Notes under the pieces: model-generated
What the model saw: only the letters and a program-made list of their open reading frames with translations
Told to the model about the DNA's origin: nothing
The model's database searches: none
Source of the DNA: a bacterium
GTDB lineage: Bacteria; SAR324; XYD2-FULL-50-16; G965216635
Assembly (NCBI GenBank): GCA_965216635.1
Contig: OZ244188.1
Coordinates: forward strand, 991,058-1,055,057
Reading direction: 5' to 3'
Length of the DNA stretch: 64,000 nucleotides
Program-made: the position numbers and the translations under genes
Shown here: positions 9,476-21,266 of the stretch, one piece after another
How the letters are laid out: the number at the start of each line of letters is the position of its first letter
Numbering within the stretch: position 1 is the stretch's first letter

Positions 9476-10216
9476 TTATTTATTTTTTTTCATAAATTTG
9501 GCGATCTGTTTGTTTGCTTCAATACCTTCTTCGGTATCTAGCAACTCTCTTTTAATTATATCATTTTTAATAATTTCACTAATCTCATCTGTTTTAATTT
9601 TCATATTATTTTTTAGTTTATTTAGATGAAATTTTACCACTTTAGCAATCGGTTCAGTTTGTAATAAAGCTCCTATAGTGTAGCGATTCATAAATTTTTT
9701 TATTTCAGCATATTCACTAATAAGGTCTTTGCTAACTCCTTTTCTACACAGTAAAAATAACTCTTCCTGTTCTTCTTTTTTTTTAGGATTTATTGCTTCA
9801 AAATTAAAACTAAAAAGCTCTTTGCTAGTAATTTTGTTTTTTAAAGTAACACAATGAACTTGCCAATCTATTCCGTTAGTTAATACTACCCATTTTATAC
9901 CTTCATCTGCTGCATAATGAATAGCTTGTTTTAAGTGTATATCTTTCAATTGGATTCCTATTGCCTTAACTTCAATGAGATAGTCAATTTTTTTATTTGT
10001 CTTTATGGCAAGATCACAATATGTTCCTTTAATTTCATATTCTCTTGTGATTTCTGAATATTTATCAAATCCAAAGATTTCTTCTAGCATATCAGCAACA
10101 ATAGCTACAGTATCTGCTTCGTTAATATCTGATTCTTTTGCTTTAACTAATATTTTTTGAAATCTTGGCACTTTAGAAATTAATCTTTGTGCAACTGCTG
10201 ATGGAATTTTACTCAT
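9476..10216 (-). CDS. Stand-alone type I restriction HsdR N-terminal-like (PD-(D/E)xK) protein
   Basis: NEADT...EYEI...CDLAI...LIEVKAI...QAIHYA...WVVLTNG pattern. Confidence 0.75.
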   Translation of the reverse strand: MSKIPSAVAQRLISKVPRFQKILVKAKESDINEADTVAIVADMLEEIFGFDKYSEITREYEIKGTYCDLAIKTNKKIDYLIEVKAIGIQLKDIHLKQAIHYAADEGIKWVVLTNGIDWQVHCVTLKNKITSKELFSFNFEAINPKKKEEQEELFLLCRKGVSKDLISEYAEIKKFMNRYTIGALLQTEPIAKVVKFHLNKLKNNMKIKTDEISEIIKNDIIKRELLDTEEGIEANKQIAKFMKKNK

Positions 10217-10321
10217 TTTATTTTTATTGAAAAGTTAGAATTAAAACGATGGATTTTTATAGAAATAGTAGCAAGAATAATAAACCTCAGTCAACAGAGG
10301 ATCAATCTACAGGAAAATAAA

Positions 10322-10352
10322 TTGTAGAGACACCTGTAAGGCATCTCTACAA
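10322..10352 (-). terminator. GTAG-type REP-like hairpin downstream of 16S
   Basis: TTGTAGAGATGCC-ttaca-GGTGTCTCTACAA, 13-bp stem with G:U pairs on the 16S sense strand. Confidence 0.55.
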
Positions 10353-10430
10353 AGGAGCAGGAAATGATTTGTATTTGCGAAACGAAGGTTTTTAGAGCAA
10401 ATTTTTACAAATTCACTCAAAAGTTCCTTT

Positions 10431-11945
<1,515 letters not shown>

Positions 11946-12091
11946 TTTATTTTTTGTGTTCCGCACAAATCATTTCCTGCAATGTCTAAGATCTTCTGTG
12001 ATGCGCTCAAAAGAGCTAGAAGCAGACGAAAATACCCTATTTTTTAGAAAATAAAGATATAGATCCTGAATTCGTCAGTATGAATTTCTAG

Positions 12092-12119
12092 TTTATAACT
12101 ATTTTTGTAAAATAGTCAA
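12092..12119 (-). promoter_or_regulatory. Putative rRNA promoter
   Basis: TTGACT-16-TATAAA with A-rich UP-like sequence upstream. Confidence 0.6.
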
Positions 12120-12186
12120 GTGTTTTTTTTATTTTTTTATAAAAAAAATTTTTTTTTTATAAAATCTCTAAAGAAATATTTATTTT

Positions 12187-13350
12187 TTATAAAGTAATCT
12201 GTCCTGTGAGCCCACAAAAAATCTCTTGTTCGTTAATCACCCCAAGTAACTTTTTGTCGCTGATTACTAAAACGGGAGCATCCGTTTTATAGCGAATTTC
12301 TACTATTTTTTTCATATCTAATTCACTATCTACCATTACAACGTCGCCTTTCTGCAATTTTTGGTTTTGAAACAAGACTAACTTCGCAGTAGAAGAACTT
12401 TCCACTTTTTTAGGAAATTTATATTCGTCTAAGAACAGTTTCCAATTTTTTCTTGAATCTAAAGTAATACTACCATTTTTCGGCAGAGAGGAAAAAGATT
12501 TCATCAAAATACTAGCATAAAGAGCATTGACGGCGTTGATATTATTTACAAAACTTTTAACATAAGAATTTTCAGGAGTAAAAATAATTTCTTGAGCTGT
12601 GCCTGCTTGCACAATTTCTCCCATATTCATAATCACAATTTTATCCCCTATCCGCACAGCTTCGTCTAGGTCGTGGCTAACAAAGACAATTGTTTTTTTA
12701 AGTTTTTTTTGTAGGTTGTTCAATTCTCCTTGTAGATTGTGCCTAATCAGAGGATCCAATGCCGAAAAAGGTTCGTCCATCAACAAAATTTTTGCTTCTG
12801 TTGCCAAAGCTCTTGCTAAACCAACCCTTTGCTGCATCCCTCCAGATAGTTCTTGGATTCTTTTTTCACCCCAATCACCTAATCCCACTAGTTTCAATTT
12901 TTCTTGCACAGTTTGAGTGATAAAACTCTTTTTTTTTTTTTGTAAGTCTAACCCAAAAGCAACATTATCTTGAACGTTAAGCCATTTTAGAAGAGCAAAA
13001 CTCTGAAAAACAAAAGAAATACTATTCATTCTTAAATTAGTTAGCTGCTTTTTGGTGCAGGAGGTAATATCTACCCATTCTTGCTTTTCAAAAATCTCTA
13101 TAGTTCCAGCAGTGGGTTTATTCAATCCATTGAGGCAACGCAGCAAGGTAGATTTTCCAGAACCTGATAATCCCATTACAACACATGTTTTTCCTTCTTC
13201 AAAATTTATGGAAATATCACGCAAGCCGACATTATTGTTATATTTATTTCTAATTTCTTCGTTAGATACTCCTTTTCTAAGTAACGGAATAATGCTTTGA
13301 GGTTTTTTTCCAAATACTAAATCCAAATTTTTTGCTTTAATAATATCCAT
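12187..13350 (-). CDS. choV: Choline/betaine ABC transporter ATP-binding subunit
   Basis: GLSGSGKS, LSGGMQQRVGLARA, MDEPFSALDPLIR; ProV/ChoV layout. Confidence 0.85.
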   Translation of the reverse strand: MDIIKAKNLDLVFGKKPQSIIPLLRKGVSNEEIRNKYNNNVGLRDISINFEEGKTCVVMGLSGSGKSTLLRCLNGLNKPTAGTIEIFEKQEWVDITSCTKKQLTNLRMNSISFVFQSFALLKWLNVQDNVAFGLDLQKKKKSFITQTVQEKLKLVGLGDWGEKRIQELSGGMQQRVGLARALATEAKILLMDEPFSALDPLIRHNLQGELNNLQKKLKKTIVFVSHDLDEAVRIGDKIVIMNMGEIVQAGTAQEIIFTPENSYVKSFVNNINAVNALYASILMKSFSSLPKNGSITLDSRKNWKLFLDEYKFPKKVESSSTAKLVLFQNQKLQKGDVVMVDSELDMKKIVEIRYKTDAPVLVISDKKLLGVINEQEIFCGLTGQITL

Positions 13351-14177
13351 TAATTTTGTTCTGGTTGGTGTTTCAGAAATCTATCTAATAAAATGGCGAG
13401 CAATACAATAGAAAATCCTGCTTCAAATCCTTGCTCAATATTTACTGAGTTTAAGGCACGCACAACAGGTTTTCCAAGCCCATCTGCTCCTACCAAAGCA
13501 GAAATTACAACCATAGATAAGGAAAGCAAAATAGTTTGAGTAATCCCTAAAAGAATGGAAGGCATAGCGTAGGGGATTTCAATTTTGCGAAGTAACTCCC
13601 AACGATTAGCACCAAAACTTTCTCCTGCATCTACAAGTTCTTTGGGAACATTATGAACGCCTAAGTAGGTCAAACGAACTATCGCTGGAATTGCAAAAAT
13701 TACAGTAGAAACCAAACCAGGCACAACACCTAGTCCGAATAAAATCAAAGCGGGTATCAGATAAACAAAGGTGGGAATAGTCTGCATCATATCCATAATG
13801 GGTCTGATCACACTATAGAATATAGTTTTTTTAGCAGCTAAAATTCCTATCGGAGTCCCAAAAAAAACACAGGTTACAGTGGAAACTATTACTAGTGCAA
13901 GTGTTTCCATCGCTTCTTCCCAATAACCTTGATTGAGAATCAAAAAAAGACAAGAGGCAGCCAGTAGTGTTACTTTTATATTTCTATGAACAAAATAAAA
14001 CAGAGCAGATACAAACAAAATCAGTAGATATGGAGATGGGAAATTGAGTAAAAACACAAATCCCAAAATTAAACTCTCCATACTAATAGAGAATATATCA
14101 AATAACCACCCTACTTTATCATTTAAAAAATCAACAAAGATGTTGCACCATTTGCCGAGTGGTATTTTATAACTCAC
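13350..14177 (-). CDS. choW: Choline/betaine ABC transporter permease
   Basis: MQTIPTFVYLIP, GVVPG, EAA-like loop, SLSMVVISALVGADGLG. Confidence 0.85.
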   Translation of the reverse strand: MSYKIPLGKWCNIFVDFLNDKVGWLFDIFSISMESLILGFVFLLNFPSPYLLILFVSALFYFVHRNIKVTLLAASCLFLILNQGYWEEAMETLALVIVSTVTCVFFGTPIGILAAKKTIFYSVIRPIMDMMQTIPTFVYLIPALILFGLGVVPGLVSTVIFAIPAIVRLTYLGVHNVPKELVDAGESFGANRWELLRKIEIPYAMPSILLGITQTILLSLSMVVISALVGADGLGKPVVRALNSVNIEQGFEAGFSIVLLAILLDRFLKHQPEQN

Positions 14178-14193
14178 AGTTTATCTAATTATT

Positions 14194-14377
14194 TAGTCCT
14201 TTGAATTTGCCAAATAGCACAAAACTAGCTGTGACGAGCTAGCCAAATGGTTAGAACAGGTGCGAAAATTTTTTTTAGCTCGCTGGAATGCTGAAGAGCA
14301 TTTCTTCACAAATGGCAAGAGTTAAAAAAAATTTTCACCTCTGCATAGGCTAAACAGAATGCAAATTCAAAAGTCTA
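14194..14377. mobile_element. Palindromic intergenic element
   Basis: TAGTCCTTTGAATTTGCC ... GGCTAAACAGAATGCAAATTCAAAAGTCTA. Confidence 0.8.
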
Positions 14378-15313
14378 TTATCTTTTTTTAATGTAGGTGG
14401 TAACAGCTTTCAAACCGTCTTTTCCTTTGACTGTTTTGACTCCTTTCAACCACTGTTTCAAGACAGATAAATTGCCCTTGAGATACTCCACAGCCGCTGC
14501 TTCAGGGTCTGCTTTCTGGTTGATAATTTTATCCATTACTATACCTTCCATATCTAAAGTGAAAACAAGATTTTTAAGCAATTTACCTACATTGGGACAT
14601 TTTTTTGTATAGCCTGTAGAAACATTGGTATGCACTGTAGCTGCACCAAAATCTGCTCCAAAATGATCGTCACCATCTTTTAAATAGGTTATATTGTATT
14701 TTACATTCATTGGGTGAGGTGCCCAAGCTAAAAAAACAATATCTTTTTTTTTTTTAGAAAACCTACTTACTTGTGCTAGCATACCCTGTTCGCTAGATTC
14801 CTTGACTTTAAACCCTTTCAAAGCGAAATTATCGTTTTTAATCATATCCAAAATAATACGATTACCATCATTACCCGGTTCAATTCCATAGATATTCCCG
14901 TTTAAACTTTTTTTGAATTTGGAAATATCCTTAAAAGAATTCAAGCCTTTTTTGAAAGTATAATTCAAAGTAGCTAGGGTATATTTCGCACCAGTCAGGT
15001 TTGTTTTTATACTTTCCACTGTTTTGTTATTCAAATAAGGTCTAATATCATTTTCCATCGTAGGCATCCAATTGCCTAAAAACACATCAATATCCTTATT
15101 AGACAGGGAAGTGTAGGTCACTGGAACTGAAAGTAATTTTACATCTGTCTCGTAACCTAATCCTTTTAACACAACAGTAGATAAAGCAGTGGTAGCTGTA
15201 ATATCCGTCCACCCAACATCCGAAAATCTTACTTTACTGCATGTTTTTGCATAAAGTAAGGAAGTTTGACTTAACAAAAAAAGCAAAATCAAACCTTTGA
15301 TTATTTTTTTCAT
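14378..15313 (-). CDS. choX: Choline ABC transporter substrate-binding protein
   Basis: VRFSDVGWTDI, DVFLGNWMP, GIEPGNDGN, SSEQGML, WAPHPMN; ORF-track upstream extension comes from the repeat element. Confidence 0.9.
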   Translation of the reverse strand: MKKIIKGLILLFLLSQTSLLYAKTCSKVRFSDVGWTDITATTALSTVVLKGLGYETDVKLLSVPVTYTSLSNKDIDVFLGNWMPTMENDIRPYLNNKTVESIKTNLTGAKYTLATLNYTFKKGLNSFKDISKFKKSLNGNIYGIEPGNDGNRIILDMIKNDNFALKGFKVKESSEQGMLAQVSRFSKKKKDIVFLAWAPHPMNVKYNITYLKDGDDHFGADFGAATVHTNVSTGYTKKCPNVGKLLKNLVFTLDMEGIVMDKIINQKADPEAAAVEYLKGNLSVLKQWLKGVKTVKGKDGLKAVTTYIKKR

Positions 15314-15323
15314 ATTTATTTTA

Positions 15324-15878
15324 TAGATCTTTGAATTTGCCAAATAGCACAAAACTAGCTGTGACTGCTAGCCAAATGGCTAGAACAGGTGCGAAAAAAT
15401 TTTTTAGCTCGTAGGAATACTGAAGTATTTCAAGAGTTAAAAAATTTTTTCAACGCTGCATAGGCTAAACAGAATGCAAATTCAAAATTCTATTTTATTA
15501 AAATTAAGAAGACCATTGAATTAGTGTTATGCGATAGCTAGCCAAATGGTTATAAAAGTGCAAAAAAAAAATTAGCTCGCTGAAATATCGTAGTGCCACA
15601 ATAACGAGACAGGGACACTACAAAATTTGCATAATTTCCAAAAAGAAATGTAAAAGAGCCAAAAGGCACTTTTACTATAGCCCTTATGAAATAGATCGCA
15701 ACAAGAGAGAGCATTTCTTCACAAATTGCAAGAGTTAAAAAAAATTTTTAACTCTTGCTTTGGCTAAACAGAACGTTAATTCAAAGGTCTCTAAGATTTT
15801 TGAATGAATGCGAAGTCTAGCAAAGCAAAAAATTTTTAAACGATGCCTAGACTAAATTGCTTTACATTCAAAAGTCTC
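15324..15878. mobile_element. Three abutting palindromic elements (about 15324-15492, 15510-15791, 15794-15878)
   Basis: Three pairs of AGA(T/C)(C/T)(T/A)TTGAAT ... ATTCAAA(G/A)(G/T)TCT ends sharing internal modules. Confidence 0.8.
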
Positions 15879-15886
15879 ATGGTTAA

Positions 15887-16720
15887 TTACCACAAGGAAC
15901 CAGCAGAGATGGTTAAATCTTGCATAGTTACACCTATAGCATTTTTACGACATAAAAAAAGCGTCATTTCTGCAATTTCTTCAGGTTCTATCAAACGTTT
16001 TTGAGGATTGCTCTGTTTGGCATCTTCAATATATTCTTGACCTTGCCTTTTTTCTTGTTTTTCTGCAATATCTGTCATCCAATCACGACCAAAATTCGTA
16101 TTCGTCCAACCTGGGCTAATAGAATTACAAGATACATTATGCAAAGCACCTTCTAACGCTACACATCGGGACAACCCCACTACTCCTGCCTTAGAAGCAC
16201 AGTAGACACCTGAAGTTTCTGCACCTACAGAAGCTGCTGTAGAAGCAATATTGATAATCCTACCCCATTTTTGCTCTATCATCCAAGGTAAAATTCTTTT
16301 GATGGTTCGGTAGCAACCATTCAAATTGACATCTATAACTTTATTCCAAAGGGCATCGCTGTGGTCTACAATTTTGGATTCTGCGGTAATTCCTGCAGCA
16401 TTAGCTAGAATATGCACCGTGCCAAATCTATCTTTCGCAGCCTGACAAAAATTTTCCACTGAATCATTGTCTGTTACATCTAGATTCATAGCTAAGCATT
16501 CTACTCCCAAATTTTCAATAGATTTTTGAACCTGCTCTTTTTCTTTTTCTGTAGGCAGATAAGAAACTTCTCCTTCAGTTTTTTTCACTCCCGTGCTCAT
16601 CAAGGAACCAATAGTGATATTAGCTCCTGCCTTTGCTAGTTTGGTAGCTATTGCTCTACCCATTCCAGAAAAACCACCTGTAATTACAGCAATTTTTCCT
16701 TGCAAAAATTTTTCACTCAT
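15887..16720 (-). CDS. Short-chain dehydrogenase/reductase
   Basis: TGGFSGMG nucleotide motif, NAAG, YCASK catalytic motif. Confidence 0.9.
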   Translation of the reverse strand: MSEKFLQGKIAVITGGFSGMGRAIATKLAKAGANITIGSLMSTGVKKTEGEVSYLPTEKEKEQVQKSIENLGVECLAMNLDVTDNDSVENFCQAAKDRFGTVHILANAAGITAESKIVDHSDALWNKVIDVNLNGCYRTIKRILPWMIEQKWGRIINIASTAASVGAETSGVYCASKAGVVGLSRCVALEGALHNVSCNSISPGWTNTNFGRDWMTDIAEKQEKRQGQEYIEDAKQSNPQKRLIEPEEIAEMTLFLCRKNAIGVTMQDLTISAGSLW

Positions 16721-16742
16721 ATTTCTATTTTTTGTTTAATTT

Positions 16743-18209
16743 TTATTTATAGGGGCAATCTACATCGCCCATTTCTACATACACGCTTTTTAGCTGTGTA
16801 TAATGCTGGACGGCTACCAAAGAATTTTCTCTACCCAATCCAGAATGTTTTACACCTCCAAAAGGCATTTCAATTGGAGTTAAATTGTAGTTATTGATCC
16901 AACAAACACCTGCTTCTAACCCTGCAGAGATCCTGTGGGCTCTCTGAATATTTTTAGTAAAAATTCCTGAAGATAGACCATACGGAGTATTATTGGCTCT
17001 TTTTAAAACGCCTTGCTCATCCTCATCGTCAAATTCTAGCACCGACATCACAGGTCCAAAAATTTCTTCTTTAGTAATTACAAAATCGTCTTTACAATCG
17101 GAAAAAACAGTTGGTTCTACAAAAAAACCTTTTTCGCAGTTTTGAGGAAAAACTCTTTTTCCTCCAATTAGCAAGTTAGCTCCTTCTTTTTTGCCTTGCT
17201 CTATATAAGATAATACTTTTTCTAAATGCTCCTCTGAAATCAAAGCACCTACCTGTGTGTCCGGGTGCATAGGATCCCCAATTTTCATTCTAGCAGTTCG
17301 TTCTAACAGGGCAGCAATAAATTTTTCCTTGATAGATTTTGCTACAAACACCCTTGTAGCATTAGAGCAGACCTCTCCCTGGGTATAAAAATTTGCCATC
17401 ATCGCCCCAGAAACTGCGTTGTTTAAATCTGCATCAGCAAAAATCATCAAGGGCGATTTTCCACCTAACTCCATTGTAGTATGCTTCATAGTATCGGCAA
17501 TATCTGCTAAAATTTTCTTGCCAGTTTCTACTTCTCCGGTAAAAGAAACTTTTTGAATTCCCTCGTGCTTGGTTATTAGCCTGCCTGTAGTTTCATCTCC
17601 CTGCACCAAATTAAAAACACCTTTGGGAACTCCCGCTTCACAGTAAATTTCAGCAAGTTTATAAGTAGTAAGAGGCGTTAATTCCGAAGGTTTGAAAATC
17701 ATAGTATTACCACAAGCCAAAGCAGGAGCGGATTTCCAACAAGCAATTTGAATAGGGTAATTCCAAGCACCAATTCCAGCACAAACTCCTAATGGTTCTC
17801 TTCTTGTATAGACAAAAGAATCACCCAAATCAAAGTGATCTCCATGAATAGTAGGCGCAATTCCTGCAAAATAATCTATTGCATCAGCACCAGATAATAC
17901 ATCAACGGCTGCGGCTTCTTGGATAGGTTTTCCTGTATCCAATACCTCCAAATTGGCAATTTCTCGGTTTTGCCGACGCAAAAGTTGGGCTGCTTTTTTG
18001 AGGATAACTGCTCTTTCTGTGCCTGTCATTTTAGACCAAACTGCAAAACCCTGCCTAGCAGAATCTACCGCCAAATCTATATCTTCTTTGCCTGCCACTT
18101 GCACATTACAAATTACTTCATTTTTAGCAGGATTGATTGTAGTAAAAACCCTTTCTTTATGATATGCGTCTTTGTTTTCTCCGTGTATAAACAGTTTTTT
18201 TTCATCCAT
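16743..18209 (-). CDS. betB: Betaine aldehyde dehydrogenase
   Basis: GIGAWNYPIQIACWKSAPALACGN, MELGGKSP, QGEVCSNATR, EEIFGPV, YTQLKSVYVE. Confidence 0.92.
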   Translation of the reverse strand: MDEKKLFIHGENKDAYHKERVFTTINPAKNEVICNVQVAGKEDIDLAVDSARQGFAVWSKMTGTERAVILKKAAQLLRRQNREIANLEVLDTGKPIQEAAAVDVLSGADAIDYFAGIAPTIHGDHFDLGDSFVYTRREPLGVCAGIGAWNYPIQIACWKSAPALACGNTMIFKPSELTPLTTYKLAEIYCEAGVPKGVFNLVQGDETTGRLITKHEGIQKVSFTGEVETGKKILADIADTMKHTTMELGGKSPLMIFADADLNNAVSGAMMANFYTQGEVCSNATRVFVAKSIKEKFIAALLERTARMKIGDPMHPDTQVGALISEEHLEKVLSYIEQGKKEGANLLIGGKRVFPQNCEKGFFVEPTVFSDCKDDFVITKEEIFGPVMSVLEFDDEDEQGVLKRANNTPYGLSSGIFTKNIQRAHRISAGLEAGVCWINNYNLTPIEMPFGGVKHSGLGRENSLVAVQHYTQLKSVYVEMGDVDCPYK

Positions 18210-18389
18210 TGTTCTTGCTTTTAAAAATCAACCCCAATTCCTTTAAAACCTGCACATTATCTCATAAAGCTATAGTTTAAACTTATAGTAGTCAAGAGTT
18301 TTTTTATTTTCCTATGAAAAAAAAATTATTGACAAATTATTACTTTTAATTTAGATAATTACTATTATCTATCTACTCAAAATAAAAAA

Positions 18390-18848
18390 ATGAAGAAAAA
18401 AACTAAAATATGGATAGCTTCCGTAGTTGGTGTGGGTTTAATTTTAGTTATTGTGCTTGCAATAGCTCCTCTCTTTTTTGGCAAAACTCTCAACGAAGGT
18501 TTCAGTGCTGGTGATAGTTCTTTGAAATTTTCCGGCAAGTTTGAAAAAATAGACTATAATGTGGAAGGGAGTTTTAAAGTTTATAATCAAAACGGAAAAA
18601 AAATTTTAAGGATTGAAAATTTAGATATTGCCAATGGACCTGATGTATACTTGGTTTTATCTAACAAAAAACCTTCCTTTGGCAATAGCGAATACGAAAT
18701 TGTTGAAAAACTAAAAGCAAATAAAGGAAGTTTTAATGTAGAGCTAAACGAAAATATTGATTTTTCTCAGTATAAATATTTGCTGATTCATTGCAAAGCC
18801 TTTTCTCACACTTTCGCTGGAGCAGAAATAGCTACTATCTCTCTCTAA
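18390..18848 (+). CDS. DM13 domain protein with N-terminal anchor
   Basis: NGPDVYLVLS...LKANKG...IHCKAFSHTF pattern. Confidence 0.8.
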   Translation: MKKKTKIWIASVVGVGLILVIVLAIAPLFFGKTLNEGFSAGDSSLKFSGKFEKIDYNVEGSFKVYNQNGKKILRIENLDIANGPDVYLVLSNKKPSFGNSEYEIVEKLKANKGSFNVELNENIDFSQYKYLLIHCKAFSHTFAGAEIATISL

Positions 18849-18977
18849 ATCGCATTAAAATTTGCTATAGCTTTCCTAAGCTATTTGTATTGTTTATAAA
18901 TTCTTAAACTTTTTACAATAAGCTATAAAAAACTATTGGGAATTGTTTTAAATACTAAAACTGTAATCAAAAAAAAC

Positions 18978-19307
18978 ATGGCACTAATAAATATTAAAAC
19001 AGATTTTTCTGCTGTACCTATTGGAAGGTACCCAGTAGATAGTGATGTTAGCGGAGAAAAATTCAGAAAAGAACTCCTTAAACCTAAATTAAACAAATTA
19101 GGTGATGGAGAAAAATTACGTATAGATCTTAATGGTGTGGCTGGATATGGTTCTTCTTTTCTGGAAGAAGCTTTTGGAGGTCTTGTCCGTGCTGAAGGTT
19201 TCAGTGGTCAAGATTTACACGACAAACTGGAAATTTTAGCTGATGAAGTTTATGAAATGTATTCAGAGTTAATTTGGGAATACATAGATGATGCTGATGC
19301 TGCTTAA
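18978..19307 (+). CDS. STAS-like (DUF4325) protein
   Basis: PIGRY...SGEKFR...IDLNGVAGYGSSFLEEAFGGL motif. Confidence 0.8.
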   Translation: MALINIKTDFSAVPIGRYPVDSDVSGEKFRKELLKPKLNKLGDGEKLRIDLNGVAGYGSSFLEEAFGGLVRAEGFSGQDLHDKLEILADEVYEMYSELIWEYIDDADAA

Positions 19308-19342
19308 TTTAATATTGTCTATATTAATTAAATATTTTAAAT

Positions 19343-19783
19343 ATGCCATTATTTTCTATACTACTCCCTATAATTATCTCTGCTCTAGTTTCATACTTTT
19401 TCAATCATCGTCTAAATCATATTTTCACCAAAAAGCACAACCAACAAAAAGACGCCGATTACTTTATTAAACAATTAGAAGAATTAAACTCTTTTTGTTA
19501 TGAATACTGGTATGAAAGCCAGTCCAAACATAAAAATTTGCTCGCTTATAGAATAATTTTTAGAATTCTACTTCTTAAAATTTTATTGGAAGATTTTAAC
19601 AGAAAATATAAGCTCAAAAAATCTAATAAAGAAAGTTACCAAAAAATCCGAGAGCAAATACTCAATTTACAAAAAATAGCTTCTAGCAGAAATTTTAAAA
19701 ATGATAAAAAAGATGTAAAGAATTATTTTGATATATTAGCAAATATTAATTATCTGCATAAAAAAATACTAGAATCCTTTTAG
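19343..19783 (+). CDS. Hypothetical protein with N-terminal TM helix, coupled to the STAS gene
   Basis: Hydrophobic N-terminus, then YW motif; very AT-rich. Confidence 0.6.
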   Translation: MPLFSILLPIIISALVSYFFNHRLNHIFTKKHNQQKDADYFIKQLEELNSFCYEYWYESQSKHKNLLAYRIIFRILLLKILLEDFNRKYKLKKSNKESYQKIREQILNLQKIASSRNFKNDKKDVKNYFDILANINYLHKKILESF

Positions 19784-19802
19784 TAGCATTATAAGTGGCA
19801 TA

Positions 19803-21266
19803 TCAAAGTTTGCTATAACTTCGCCAGAAGTTAGGAACAAATAAAATAATCACAGTAAAAAGTTCTAGTCTTCCCATAAGCATATTTATAGATAAAATTA
19901 TTTTAGAAAAAGTGCTTAAATCGGCAAAGGTATTTGAGGGTCCTACTTCTCCAAAACCTGGTCCTACGTTGCTGATACAAGAAAGCACACTAGTTATAGT
20001 AGTTACAAAGTCTTCAGTTTCAAGAGATACCAAAAAAATAGAAGCTGTGAGTATTAAAAGATGAATAAACAAAAAAGAAATTACTTTAGAAATAATTTCT
20101 TCGTCTAAATGTTGTTTGTTTATTTTGATATTCATCACAAGTCTAGGATGCACCAAACGAGCAAGTTCTCGATAGATATATTTTACTAAGACAAAAATCC
20201 GAATTGCTTTCACGCCTCCACTCGTGCTCGCAGAACAACCTCCCATAATTATCAAAAACATTAAAAATAATTGCGGGGAGAGGGGCCATAATCCATAATC
20301 TGTGACAGTAAAACCTGAAGTGGTTATTAAGGATACAATACTAAAAATGGCACTGCGAAAAGTAAATCCTTGTTGATCTTCTTGACTAAAAGTTAAAAAA
20401 ATGAAAATTGTGAATACAATAAAAATAATAAAAAAAAATAATAATTCACTGTCTAGGTAAGGTTTTAAAGATTTTCTAGTGAGTACATTGTAGTGAAGTG
20501 TGTAGTTTATACTAGAAAAAAGCATAAAAAAAATCATTATTCCTTCAATCAATGAGCTATTAAAAAAAGCAATGCTGTTATTTTTTGTGCTAAAACCAGC
20601 AGTGGATATAGTCGTAAAAGCGTGATTGAGACTATCAAACCAATCCATTCCTGCAAAAAATAAAGCAATAAAAAGTAGTAGCGTTAAAACTAAGTAAAAA
20701 CTCCACAAAAATTTTGAGGTCTGGCGAATAGTAGGAGTCAGCTTTTGTGCGGAAAGTCCGGGAGATTCTGCTTGATAAATATTGAGGCTGGTATTTGTAA
20801 AATGGAGATAGGGAATGATAGCGACAACTAAAACTATAATTCCCATGCCGCCAACCCACTGTGTAGTGCTTCTCCAAAGTAAAATGGCAGGAGGCAATGA
20901 TTCAATATCTTTAAAAATTGTAGCTCCAGTGGTCGTAAAGCCGCTGGTAGATTCAAAAAATGCATCTATAAAATCTATAGGTAAAGCAATAAAATAAGGT
21001 AAAGATCCAAAAAAGGCACAGAGCAACCAACTTAAAGTAACTAAAATACAACCATCAAAAAAACTTATTCTTTTTTGATAATTCGGGAAAAAAAATAAAC
21101 CCAATCCAGCAAGGAAGGAAGAAAAAATAGCCACGCCGAAGGCTTCAATATCTAAAATGGAAGGTAGTGTTTTGAATAGGCTGAGTAGAAAGGAAAAAAG
21201 CATAGCACCTGAAAGCACCATCAATATAAATCCTAATGGTTTAATTAAGGCTGAAAATTTTTTCAT
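19803..21266 (-). CDS. trkH: Trk potassium uptake membrane subunit
   Basis: FFESTSGFTTTGAT, QWVGGMGII, TAGFS, GGCSASTSGGVK, SNVGPGFG, MGRLE. Confidence 0.95.
   Translation of the reverse strand: MKKFSALIKPLGFILMVLSGAMLFSFLLSLFKTLPSILDIEAFGVAIFSSFLAGLGLFFFPNYQKRISFFDGCILVTLSWLLCAFFGSLPYFIALPIDFIDAFFESTSGFTTTGATIFKDIESLPPAILLWRSTTQWVGGMGIIVLVVAIIPYLHFTNTSLNIYQAESPGLSAQKLTPTIRQTSKFLWSFYLVLTLLLFIALFFAGMDWFDSLNHAFTTISTAGFSTKNNSIAFFNSSLIEGIMIFFMLFSSINYTLHYNVLTRKSLKPYLDSELLFFFIIFIVFTIFIFLTFSQEDQQGFTFRSAIFSIVSLITTSGFTVTDYGLWPLSPQLFLMFLIIMGGCSASTSGGVKAIRIFVLVKYIYRELARLVHPRLVMNIKINKQHLDEEIISKVISFLFIHLLILTASIFLVSLETEDFVTTITSVLSCISNVGPGFGEVGPSNTFADLSTFSKIILSINMLMGRLELFTVIILFVPNFWRSYSKL

Noticed and set aside
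10217-10430. tRNA-Ile/Ala in a 16S-23S spacer
   Set aside because: No cloverleaf or TTCGA arm recognised.
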